Below, piece by piece: positions 1 through 12,260 of a DNA stretch of 63,241 nt (within the stretch, counting starts at the first letter, position 1; the number at the start of each line of letters is the position of its first letter). Where the stretch lies: contig NC_068982.1 of assembly GCF_001194135.2 (NCBI RefSeq), positions 62,815,131-62,878,371 on the forward strand, given 5' to 3'. Under the pieces are notes generated by a model. That model saw only the letters and a list, made by a program, of their open reading frames with translations, had not been told where the DNA came from and searched no databases. Made by a program: the position numbers and the translations under genes. Source of the stretch: Octopus bimaculoides (taxonomy: Eukaryota).

Positions 1-1383
1 TATATATATATATATATATATATATATTGATAGAAAGGACAACAAAAGAAAGAAAGAGACCTCGATATTATGTAAATAGATATATATAAGAGGTAGGGTA
101 GGGCTGACATAAACTCTTTTCATTAGTTTCAGTTAAAGGGGTATACACTATGAAACATAGGACGCTGCATTGAGATCTAGATAAACATTAAGGGCACAGA
201 GGGAAAAGGTTATGATTAAGGTATAACAAAATCTATGTATTATCATATGTTGTATAATAATAAAAGTAAATTTTTTTTTAAATTTAAAAAGGGATAACAG
301 AACTAGGTATGATAAGAAAGATATTTAGACCAATTTAAGCGCTAAAATGATTACTTTTATATAAAAGCTTTATAATACTTCATCCTTCCAGTATGTATGA
401 ATGTATGTATGTATGTAAGAACGTATGCACGTATGTATGTAGCAAGGATGTTATCAGTGTGTTGTTCCCCACGTTAGACATTGTATAATGAAAAATAGTA
501 CCGGAATGATATTGTAGAGCAATTAATGAAATCATGGTTTACTTATTACGCTAGAATATCTTGTCTGTTGAAAATCCATATTTTACAACTGAAGATGGCA
601 TTGCATTTTAAATCGTTCACCGATATAATGGATATTTTCGTTCGCACCTTGGGGTTATCTCCTAGTTTATGGATTATGAAACTATAACCTTTGAAATGCA
701 ACGTGTGAGCCTACCGTTTATGTTAATGTCAACATTATCCACAAATTTACTGGAAACATACCTATGCATAATTTTTTTTTTTCATATTTATTGTTGTTGT
801 TGTTGTTGTTATCCTGAGTAATTTCTTTCCTAGGTTTTTGCATGTTCTCTTCTATTTCTAATAATTTGAAATCTTCCTGAAAGTAAGGAGCTGACAACTC
901 CAGGATTGGTATATAGATAACGAACACAATGTCACATGCTGAACCTGAGAAAAATCTTGCATATTTTTACTGTTCGGCTTACAAATTGTATGAGTAATGT
1001 ACGTGTTAGCTGGTTAATTTCTTTTCTTGAAAATCCTAGCTTTTTCAGATGGTCACTTGAGCATTTATTGACAAAAACAAGTGTACCAATTACTATAGGT
1101 GTAGATGGAAATTAATAATCGGGGTATAAAAGGTTTCGAAACAGTTATCAGTAGTTATCCTCTACCTCTTTTACTTTAGAAGAGATCACATCAGGAGAGT
1201 AGTTGAATTACATATATATATAAAGGAAGATTACTAAACAACGCATTACCAGAAGGAACCAGTCTAGGCATTTCACTCAGAGAAATTCAGTATCTGCCTG
1301 GATATTATATCTATCCTTCCTCTTACTATATACATAAATATATATGCGTGTGTGTGTGTTGTGCGTATGTATATATGTATATT

Positions 1384-1462
<79 letters not shown>

Positions 1463-2265
1463 TGCCTTATAACATTAGTTCGAGTGTATATAGCTGGGGT
1501 GGTAGGTGTAAACAGTTTGAAATAGAAACCCACCAAAGTTTATCTAACAAAACCCAACGAGTACGTTGACCTTGTTTATGAGATCTGGCTAGGTGCGGAC
1601 ACCTAAACTCAGTGAACGAGGGTTGGTTGCTGCTTTAACCAAAAACTGACACCACTATGTTAATGTTCGTGAGACGAACAATGCTGGCCGCCATCAATGA
1701 CAACATCAAATATCAACACCAAACGTAGAGTCGGCCAACCCCTTCGCACATACACCCCCCCTCCTAATCACCTCTCTGAATCTCACTCATTCTTTCTCTC
1801 TTTTCCCTCTCTTTCTATCAGTCTTTTTTGTTTGCGTCTCTCTTTGCACCTTTTCCGTTTTTCACTAATACTTCTATTGTTTAGTTTTAGCACATGTTTT
1901 TAAAAACACATCAAACGTTTTCTGGTAAACTATCTGTTCAAACCGAGATATCCCTCCTTGTGTCACAGCTTAGGTGTCAATTCGATCACACCCACACAAT
2001 CTTTCTTTCTTTCTTTCTTTCTTTCTTTAGTTATATATGTATATCTACATATGTATGTATATGCATATTTATATGTATGTACGTATATGTATGTATATAC
2101 GTATATGTATACGCATGTATTTATATGTATATATATACATANNNNNNNNNNNNNNNNNNNNNNNNNNNNNNNNNNNNNNNNNNNNNNNNNNNNNNNNNNN
2201 NNNNNNNNNNNNNNNNNNNNNNNNNNNNNNNNNNNNNNNNNNNNNNNNNNNNNNNNNNNNNNNNN

Positions 2266-2305
<40 letters not shown>

Positions 2306-3560
2306 CAAAATCAATTTTGTCAAATGTCATGTGTTTTCACGTGACTACTCGACGATCAGGGAGTAAACAGCAAGAAAACAGAGACAAGGTGTTGACATTT
2401 AAACTAAGTAACAGTCTGTGATTTCCCGTTATATTTCATGTATATAATGGTGTATTATTAAGCATTAGTAATACCTTACATTTTGTTTTATAACGTTTGT
2501 GTGTAGGAGGGGAGGGACAATCTAAATAGACTCTTGTGGATGTGACTGGAGAGAGAATCATTTTAAATATGCCAAATGGTTGTTTTCGGTGGAAATTTAG
2601 AAGTCGATACATATTAAAGAGGGAATCAAACGGATCCGAATTGAATTTGTGTGTGTGTGTGTGTGTGTGTACAGTAGTAGACACGATTGAACATCAAAGT
2701 AAACCATACTATCACCAGCTGGATCAACTAAGCCTCCTCTAAGCTGTTGATCCGGCTCCAAAACACGCACATACATACAGAGGACAGCATCAAATATCAA
2801 CATCAATTCTCCGAAAATAATTAGCAAGTGGGCATAACTTTTGTATTAATTGATATTTGTATTAATTGGTAAGTCGTTCTTCTCCAACTTCCGGTGTTTG
2901 GTTGCAGATAAATAACTGTTCGAAGCAGAAGCAACCTACCATCATTGTGTTCTTGAAAGAGAAGTGAAGGAGTCCAGTCCGACACCCATAGAAAAATACT
3001 GCTTGTATTTTGGAATACACGCAGTGGGAGACAGTGAAATGAGAACACTGACACGTCTCGCCAGCGGGTGGACGAATTAATTCTGACGAGTCACAATTCC
3101 TGTACAATTGAATCACAATACATTACAGAAGATGTTGGAAGACTTTTGGTGCAGGAAAGTCTGTGCAAACAGGATACAATGGCAGTTAACACACGATATA
3201 AAGGATAGAAAAGTGAAAATCTGCTTTAATCCGCTGGAAACATTAGAAGGTCATGCTTCATTGGACCAAATAGAAACAATGATTAATGACGTAGATGGGG
3301 TGAAAATGACTGATGAAAAAGTGGGTACAAAAGTACACACCTGAAGTTTTTGAAAGAGGATGTAAGATTTGGGCTTCCATGTGATTTGTTGATACGGTGT
3401 TTAATTTTTATCATACGTTGATATCGAACTGCAATTCGCCGGTACAACACTTTACAACGCAAAACGAAACTAGACTGAAACACTTTAGTAAACAATACAT
3501 CCTTTGTAATATATTGATTCGTTACAACAATAATAGATTAATCATAAAAGCAATAATTCG

Positions 3561-4012
3561 AAGGCGTAGGAGTACGATAAGAATTTCGCTTCCCAACCAC
3601 ATGGTTCCAGGTTCAGTCTCACTGTGGAGTACCTAGGGTAGAAGTGTCTTCTTTTATAGCCTAGGGCCGACCAAAGTCTTGTGAGTGGATTTGGTAGACA
3701 GAAAATGAAAGAAGCCCATCGTATATATACATGTGTGTGTGTGTGTGTGAGAGAGAGAGTATGTGTGTGAGTGTGTGTGTGGGGGGAGTGTCTTTCACTG
3801 CCGTTCTACAGCTAACTAGTGTTGATGTGTTTCCATTTACGTAAAGTAGCGGTTCGGCAAAACAGACCGACAAAATAAGTACTAGGCTTAAAAAAAATAT
3901 AAGTACTGGCGTTGATTCAATCGACTAAAATTCTTGGTGCCGATGCCAAAGCATGGCCATAATTTAATGATTGAAACAAGTAAAAAAGAAAAAGGATAAA
4001 AGATAAAAGATA
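3561..4012 (+). mobile_element. tRNA-headed SINE, family A (internal TG/GA microsatellite, AAAAGAT-type tail), near full length
   Basis: Head ...TAAGAATTTCGCTTCCCAACCACATGGTTCCAGGTTCAGTCTCACTG with a B-box-like motif, body GGTAGACAGAAAATGAAAGAAGCCC, internal (TG)n, tail GAAACAAGTAAAAAAGAAAAAGGATAAAAGATAAAAGA. The same blocks recur more than 10 times in the window. Confidence 0.85.
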
Positions 4013-4178
4013 ATATTTTAGCAGTGCTAATCTAATCACACAGATTAAGCCAATCAATAGAAAACAAAAATCACTGACTGAAAATTTGTAAGTGGAAGAG
4101 TAAAAAAGTTGAAGTCTGGCGCTTATATCATCCCACTCGTCCTACCACTTACTAGGAGGCACCCCGTACCAACATCAC

Positions 4179-4223
4179 ATCATCCAGAAGATGAGACTAT
4201 GAAAGCCTAGAAACGTTGATGGT
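4179..4223 (+). ncRNA. Degenerate minimal type I hammerhead-ribozyme-like motif (Penelope-type)
   Basis: ATCATC-CAGAAGA-(18 nt)-GAAAC-GTT-GATGGT. Stem I pairs 6 bp, stem III is the palindrome AACGTT, the core has U4>A and stem II is weak. Confidence 0.4.
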
Positions 4224-4624
4224 AAATTTACATACACTATAAATTACAAAATATAAAAAACGTATGCACAGAAACCAATAGAAAATGAACCATCTTAAAA
4301 CTAGAACACATTCTCATTTTCACTTGAACATAGATGTTGCTGTTGTTGTTGATGATGATGAGGAGGAGGATGATGACGGTGATAACCACGAGATCAACCC
4401 ATTAAATTAACGCTATGCGGTTCAATATTCCACAAACATGTGCAACCTGAACGTAATTTTGAGGCAGAAAAGGCGTGACATAACGTGTGACAAAGCTGGA
4501 CTCTGTCGGCTATAAGATTAAAGACTTAAACTTTCATTCTATGCAGCTGACCCCTAAACAGCTTCTGACTTCCTGCTTTTATTTAAAAAGGCAAGAGAGC
4601 AACTGATTCCTCATCTCCACCACG

Positions 4625-4770
4625 TCCGAAATAATGCTTAATTTATCGCCCCTGAAAGAATGAAAGACATGGCTGACTCCGGTACCATTTGAGCTTTGAG
4701 CACTGAGATGAACAAATACTGCAAGGTATTCTGTTTTATTCTCTGACGATTCTACCGATTCGCTGCCTAT
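4625..4770 (-). mobile_element. SINE family B, degenerate copy
   Basis: Reverse complement matches the GGCAGCGAATCGGTAGAATCGTCAG head and CTTTCATTCTTTCAGGGGCGATAAAT body of the other family B copies. Confidence 0.65.
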
Positions 4771-5579
4771 TGTAGATACCCGTCAAGTACTTCAAAGATC
4801 GAGATTTAGACTTTAAAAAAAAGAAAGAAAGAACAAAGAACCAAAAAGCGAAACAATTGTGGCTTTATACAAGTATTAGAAATTAATGTTACACGTATTA
4901 TGATGCGGTAGCTTTAGTTAACTTTTTGCTTTTCATTCCTCTCGGCATCGGCAAAATGAAATACCAATCATATTTATTATTTGCTTTACTTTAATCGACA
5001 ATACTCGCCTGCAAGATGTGTATTCTTTCTTATACGAGACATAAACTTAATTACACGCATACCAGCATCACACACACACACAGAGAGGAATGCACGCACA
5101 CTCACACACAGACACATATGAACAGGCGCACACAATACGCACACATACATGATCTTTTCACTTCGTAGATGCTTATTTTGTGATTGAAAATTCCCGCTTT
5201 GTTCCTCCTTCTGTGGAAAAAATAGTCAGGCAGGCTGGGGTGGGAGGCATTAAAAAATATTCTTCAAATCTCCAAAATAGAAAAAAAAAAAGGAAATTAG
5301 CTTGCATAATGAGAAAACTAAATATCTGATGTCGCTATTGTCCTCTATGGAAAAATGATAAAAATAAATAAATATTTTGTAAAAATGACAGCTACGAGTG
5401 TTGTGGTTGTGTTCTTTTTGTTTATAATTTATATTTGTGTCAACGTGTGAGCGTTTCGGTTCGTATATATACACTCTCACACACACACAAGCACACGAAC
5501 GATTGCACGCGCTCGCACAAACATACACATACACTCACACACACACACATACACATACACACACACACACTCGCGCGCG

Positions 5580-5583
5580 CACG

Positions 5584-5670
<87 letters not shown>
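5580..5670. repeat. (CA)n microsatellite
   Basis: Direct inspection. Confidence 0.95.
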
Positions 5671-5783
5671 CTAGCAGCCAACAAATGTGGATGATAATAC
5701 AAACCATTATTTGCATATGTTTGCGATTATATATGTGCATTTTTATTATTGCTTGCAAATATGTTCTAGTATATTTTCCTCTA

Positions 5784-5827
<44 letters not shown>

Positions 5828-7658
5828 CTAATATTTATATATTTGCATATGTGCTATGTCAGTGTTGAAAGAGATACAGAGACATACATTTTTAAAGATG
5901 ACCATGGCAATATTAGAAGAAAAAAAGAAAGGAAGCTTTCGAAATAACACCATTGTGGTCAAAATATTCATGTTTTTATTATGTTTTAGATTTGTCTTAT
6001 TTCCTAACAGGGGCTGTAAATATATTTTCCATCTATCATTTACATAGCCATTATTCTTCACGTACACAATAAACCATCTCTGTAACAATATAAATACATA
6101 AAATCTCTATGTACAAACTAGATGGCTGCCGATACCAATGGAAAATAAAAAAGAAAATAGAACAAATTTGAACAACGAATAAATAACATAACCAGAAAAC
6201 TAACAACCTTGATGGAACGTTCCTTTTCAATATATGGTTGTTCGACTTGCTACAATTAGCAGCCGCATACACACTTTTTTAAAAAAAATAAGGCACATCG
6301 AATATTATCGTTCTGGATTTTGGAAAAACAGTGGAGCGGGATCGTCATTAAGAGAGTTTCTTTAATGAAAGATCGGCTTCATCAGGATCGAACTGGAACT
6401 GTACAACAACATCTAACCAAGCAAAACTGAACAGTCACAAAAATGACTATGTGGGTAAGAAATTCGCTATACAGCCACTTGGCTCCCTGTTCGATCTCAA
6501 TGTGCAGCACATTCGAGAGTGTCCTCTACCATAGGCTTTTCTGAGACTTCCTGACAATGACTGCTAGAATCATATTTTCTTTTTTTTTTTTTTTCTTATT
6601 ATAAGGACATTTTCAATAAATTAAGAAATTTTGTGAACAGAAATCAAGACATTATATTTAGTTTCCGCTTGTTACATCATTGATTTTTGTTTTTTTTATA
6701 TACATCTTCTCAAAATACTGGTTTCTAAGAGAGAACCAAAACTCTATAGATGGTATTTAGATACCATCTATCGTACCTAAATGGTGTTTAGGTGGCACTT
6801 AGATACCAACGCTAGTGGAGAGTTACATGTCGAATTTCAGAAAAGTCTTACATATTTTTATTATTCTACTTCCAGAGTGTATTTGCAGAGTGTCTGTTAG
6901 TTGGTTACTTTATTTGTAGGAAAATTCTTGCTTTTTGAAATGCTATTTAGATCTTTAGTCAGATAACATAAAGAAACGTGTATCAATAATTACTAGCTCA
7001 AAAAAGACAAGATTTTCAGGTATTTGGTTGTAAATGTTCTTTTGTTGCTCACGAACTTTGGAAGGACTTTTCTCATCTTCCGGAAAGCTGATCTCTATAA
7101 CTGCAAATCATTTTCCCTGTGTTGCAGAATTGACTGAAGTTTCTGTGAGGAAGTCTTACCAATATTCTTTATGTTGATTGATATGCATGTTTTCAATATC
7201 TGTTTTAGCAACAACACGCTCTTCGGAACTTAACATAATGATATTTTGTGTATACTGACCACACGTGTAATACCTTCCGCAGAAATATGACATAGACGAC
7301 ATTTACGGTCATATTCAGTATCACATTTGCCTTTAAGTAATTTATAACATAGCATTCAAAAGGTGGCGAGATGTAGCGGTCATTAAAATATGAGAGGTTA
7401 TACTTCTTGCCAAGGCTAGGGACATATTTAAGTTTATGAAAAACATATATGTGAATAAGTATTGGGAGTCGGCATATGCAGGAGGCTTCACTTCCAAGTC
7501 GTTGGTGAGGTAAGCTAGCCTAAGACTTTCGGTACTGCGTTGCGAAAATCATTTCTTGAGAAAAGCATTTCCGACCTATGAAAATGGGTTCTCGTTGTTC
7601 TTTAGGAGTCTGTTAGGGCGAAACATAAGCCTCTTCATTCACTTTTCTTCTAACACAG

Positions 7659-7719
7659 AGCTTGTCAATTATCGCTATGGTCTGCGGAAACTTTCAGAGG
7701 TGCTATCGGGGTCTTGCAG
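7659..7719 (+). CDS. Candidate 61-nt internal exon of an unidentified gene
   Basis: Acceptor CTCTTCATTCACTTTTCTTCTAACACAG (polypyrimidine tract, CTAAC branch-like motif) and donor CAG|GTAATA. All three frames are open; no homology recognised. Confidence 0.3.
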
Positions 7720-7781
7720 GTAATATCGATAGAGCAGATTTTCCCATACATAGTGTCACCTCCACCTCTCTCTCACTCTCC

Positions 7782-7842
<61 letters not shown>

Positions 7843-9098
7843 NNNNNNNNNNNNNNNNNNNNNNNNNNNNNNNNNNNNNNNNNNNNNNNNNNNNNNNNNN
7901 NNNNNNNNNNNNNNNNNNNNNNNNNNNNNNNNNNNNATATATATATATATATATATAAGGATGTGTGTATGTGCCTATCTATATGTATATATGTTTATAA
8001 ATAAGAATGTATGCGTTAATTTGAATTTGCAAATATAGTACATAGATTAATATGCATATATTCCATTGATGCAAGCCCACCAATATACTGAGACTGTGCT
8101 TTTTCATACAGAATATATATGTGTATATGCATTCATGCGAGTATCTGTCTCTCCGTATGCATGTATATATATATATGTGTGTGTACAGAGATTCAGGTGT
8201 GCTTAAGCAGTCCCATCGCTAACAATACACAACTATCATGAGACGGAGGACCGAGTCTAATCAAATTCACTTGAGAAAGAGCTGTTACAATAGTGATTAG
8301 AAAGTAAATCTAATTGTGTGCTGCTGTATGAAATTAAAGCGATGGGCACAGTAATTGCGGTCAAAGGTCGACCAATAGACAAAATAGAGAAGCTCCTATC
8401 GTAATAGGACCGTTTCTATTCCACCCCTCCTAGCTAACCCGATTAGTTCGTGCTTTCTCTATTCACACTCTTTCTTTCACACAATCTTTATTTCATTCCC
8501 TATCCATTACTGTTATATATTCCTGACTTTATCGCATTTTCTCTTATCTTTTCCTATCCCCACCTCCGCTCATTTATATCTTTTCTCTCTTCTTTTACTT
8601 AGTGACTCTTTCCTTCTTTAGTTTTCTTTCTTATTTGGTATCTGTTCCTTGGTGTTTTTATCCCTAAGTCTTCATACTTTCCTGCATAAGGTGCCTTGTC
8701 TTTCTGTGTTTCAAACTACGAGTGTTTGTCTCTCTTTTCGTCATCCTTCTGTTACCCATTATCACCCTCTCTGCACGAACTCTCTTTCCTCTGTTTTCCG
8801 ATCTCTATCTAACTCATGAAGTTACTTTCAACTTATTTTTTCTTCGTAATTACTCTGCCTAATATCATATAAATCAATTCTAAAGATTTATCGTTTAATT
8901 TCCAATTGTCATTAAAATACACAACTCGCTTTCGATCAGATGAAGCATTTATGCTATGTTTATTGACAATTTTATAATATTAGGTGTGTATAATATACAA
9001 CTAACTAGTTCATGAATTAGGAGCTCAAATATGTAGGTGAGTTTTTATCCGTCATTCAGAAAGCTTTGCTTTGGTTGTATATGTAGCTATAACACTAT

Positions 9099-9100
<2 letters not shown>

Positions 9101-9145
<45 letters not shown>

Positions 9146-9260
9146 GCGAAAGAGAGAGAGCGAGAGAGAGAGAGAGAGAGAGAGAGAAAGAAAGGGAGAG
9201 AGAGAGGAAGGGAGAGAGAGCGAGAGAGAGAGAGGGGGAAAGAGGGAGAGAGGGAGGGTT
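9101..9260. repeat. (GA)n imperfect microsatellite
   Basis: Direct inspection. Confidence 0.95.
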
Positions 9261-9600
9261 GTATAGAGAATCAATCTAATAATTTAGAACAATAAAAGCT
9301 GGCACTACGTCAGTTTTTATTGCTGATTCTGAAATAGGATCAAAGTGATGCATTGTATGAATGATGACCCTTTCCATTGCCTGTACAAATTAATCTGACG
9401 AGATTCCGCACAGTTTCCGTTTATTCGATTTCACTCGTAAGGCTCAAGCCTTGCAAGTGAAACCAAATAGACGGAGATGACAAAACGAAATGGAGTTAGA
9501 TCAGGACTCGTGATTACGAAGTGAAATTTTTAACCATTCGACTATACTGCATCTCTATATAGAACATAATAACGTAGATAATGATAATAATATAGTAACT

Positions 9601-10015
9601 ATTGTTGCTGTTGTTGCTACTGCTCTTACTTCTGCAGGAGTCATTCGATGGTTCGACAACTAAGGATTCTGCACGACACAGCTGCACAATGTTTTATTCT
9701 GTCGTCTATGTAGAAATTCAGACCTATCCGGGATTTGCAGATCCGGTTACAGACGTTGCAGTTGTTGTTTTCATCATTTGTGGGTAGATTGGACTGAGCC
9801 CAGTTGTATACTGGGCTCTTTTCTCCTTCACAGTGTTGACCCTGGTTGCTTCAAAGATCGGAGATAGCTTGGTAGCAAGAGGTTCTTCACTAGACTGTAT
9901 TCAGTGTTTCAAATTCCCATGTCTTCAGGTTTATCTTGCAGCTGTTCAATAGGCCTTTGGCGCATCCTTATATTAGAACGGTGAGTAGTCTTATTCCCTG
10001 GCACTTGAGCTAAGA
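9601..10015 (-). mobile_element. RTE (BovB-like) LINE, decayed 3' end with CAA-type tail
   Basis: Minus-strand translation gives YKDA/AKGLLNSCKINLKTWEFETLN followed by CNVCNRICKSRIGL, the typical RTE-clade C-terminal zinc-knuckle-like motif. Tail is GCAACAACAGCAAC; stops and frameshifts are present. Confidence 0.8.
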
Positions 10016-10631
10016 TGAATATTGCGGCTAGCATAAAGTTTAAAATCCCGATCTGTTTTTTGCGAACTATAAGCTTTATTTTGGTGTCTTATGTGTGTAT
10101 TCCGATTTATCTAGACATACACATATGTACACCTACACGTACACACACACGCATGCGCGCACGCACACACATATGTATACACATATACACGCAAATACAA
10201 TAAACATACACTTGCAGGTACATATGCACATAAATGTACGTACAAATATACACATATAGGCGCAAGCGTGGCTGTGTAGCAAGAAGTCTCCTTCTCAATC
10301 ATATGGATTTGGTGTATGTGTACATATATANNNNNNNNNNATATATATATGTCTGTATGTCTGTATGTCTGTATGGTATGTATGTATGTATGTATTATGG
10401 TACGTTTGTATGTGTGCACACACATACGCACACACACGCACAAACACACTCACTCACACAAGCACACACGCATGCACACACACACACACGCACACACACG
10501 CGCACACACACACGCATAGAGTCACATGTGCGCACACACACACGTATATACACATGCATACAAAACATGCACTCTCACGCACGTATCAATATACAGCAAA
10601 ACGGTACGAACATATGCTTACATGCACAATC

Positions 10632-10735
10632 TGGCACTAAGTCGGTTACGACGACAAGGTTTCCCGTAGATCGAACAACGAGACAGCCTGCTCGTGACAT
10701 TAACGTGCAAGAGGCTGAGCATTCCACAGACACAC
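10632..10735 (-). mobile_element. SINE family C, 3' fragment
   Basis: GGCACTAAGTCGGTTACGACGAC...CAGCCTGCTCGTGACATTAACGTGCAAGAGGCTGAGCATTCCACAGACAC matches the 3' part of the copies at 34272 and 45495. Confidence 0.75.
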
Positions 10736-10740
10736 ACACC

Positions 10741-10788
<48 letters not shown>

Positions 10789-10832
10789 TATTATTAATAA
10801 TAACAATAATAATAATAATAATAATAATAATG

Positions 10833-10868
<36 letters not shown>
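10741..10868. repeat. Compound (CAT)n(TAA)n microsatellite
   Basis: Direct inspection. Confidence 0.95.
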
Positions 10869-10869
<1 letters not shown>

Positions 10870-10978
10870 AATACAGTAAATATAAGAGCACCACAGCAAA
10901 CCACAGCACATACCCAAGGCGCACAGAGCTGCGCTCGGTAGTGAAGTGAAAGCACGTTATAAAAATAAAACTACTGAA
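10869..10978 (+). mobile_element. R4/Dong-type LINE, 3' UTR only (110-bp truncated copy), flanked by (TAA)n
   Basis: Aligns by eye with 12040-12155. The last 39 nt (AGTGAAGTGAAAGCACGTTATAAAAATAAAACTACTGAA) are identical to 13445-13483. Confidence 0.85.
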
Positions 10979-10993
10979 CAATAATAATAATAA

Positions 10994-12155
10994 ATATATA
11001 CAACGTATCGAAGGTGGTAGAGACCTTATACAGCTAGAAAACTATTACAAAATAAATAGGACTGTAGAAATACCTACTTCAGAAGCAAGGAAAACTAATA
11101 AAAATTCCCACAAAACACGAACAAACAAAAAGAAAACTGTTTTCAGTCTTTAAGGAAACTGACGAATACAAAAATGAAGTCATAGTACCTAATAACTATG
11201 AAGAAAAAGAAGAAACAGCTAAAACTGTAAAACAGCTGAAATCCAAACTATAACTGGAACAGTAGCGCATCATCATAAAACGATGGCAAGAAAAGCCCCT
11301 TCATGGCAAATAATGGGCTAAACTAAACAGAAAAGAAATAAGCAAAGTAAAATCCCAACAATGGTTGAGAAGCTCAGGACTCAAAGCAGAGACGGAAGGA
11401 TTTTTAATTGCGGCACAAGACCAAAGCCTTCTCATCAGAAATTACCAAAAACATATAATGAAAAGAAATACAACTAACTGCAGAACATGTGGATATGGAG
11501 AAGAAACACTAAGTCATATTGTCTCTGACTGCTCAGTCCTGGCTAAGAAGAAATATATTCACAAACACGACAGAGTTGAGACCTATGTACACTGGAAGCC
11601 ATACCATCATTATGGAATAAGAACATAAAAACGATGGTATAGGTAAACGCCAGAAAATGTCACAGAAAGTGAGAGAGAGCAACCCATACTCTAGGATATG
11701 CCAATACACACAGATAGAGAAATTAAGGCCAATAGATCGGGTATAGTTGTCAGAGATCATTAAAAAAAATGCTTTCTAATCGATATATCAATACCAGCAG
11801 ATGACAATGTTTCTCTAAAAGGAACAGAGAAACTTTTAAAATACAAAGATCTGGAAATACAGGTAACTCGAATGTGGAGTCTAAAAACAGAAACAATTCC
11901 TATCATAGTAGGCGCATTAGGTATGATAAAAAAGTATTCAGACAAATACATAACAAAAACACTAGGACTAACAAGTATATAAGACATACAAAAAGTTGCA
12001 CTACTAGACACCGCGCACATCCCACGGAAAACACTTTCAATACAGAAAAAAATAAGAGCATCACAACAAACCACAGCACATATCCAAGGCACACAGAGCT
12101 GCGTTCAGTAGTGCAGAGAAAGCACATGATAAAAATAAGACTACTACTACTACTA
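10994..12155 (+). mobile_element. R4/Dong-type RLE-encoding LINE, 5'-truncated and decayed, flanked by (TAA)n
   Basis: Contains GLKAETEGFLIAAQDQSL, CCHC knuckle CRTCGYGEETLSHIVSDC, HDRVETYVHWK, and RLE motifs (DMPIHTDREIKANRSGIVV...KYKDLEIQVTRMW), with multiple stops and frameshifts. Confidence 0.9.
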
Positions 12156-12244
<89 letters not shown>

Positions 12245-12260
12245 TGATGATTATGATGAT

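Noticed and set aside
2716-2760. Hairpin AGCTGGATCAAC/GTTGATCCGGCT as a pre-miRNA
   Set aside because: Only a 12-bp stem, no extension, and no match to conserved miRNAs I recall.
6355-6400. Minus-strand CTGATGA...GAAAC string
   Set aside because: Neither stem II nor stem III can form.
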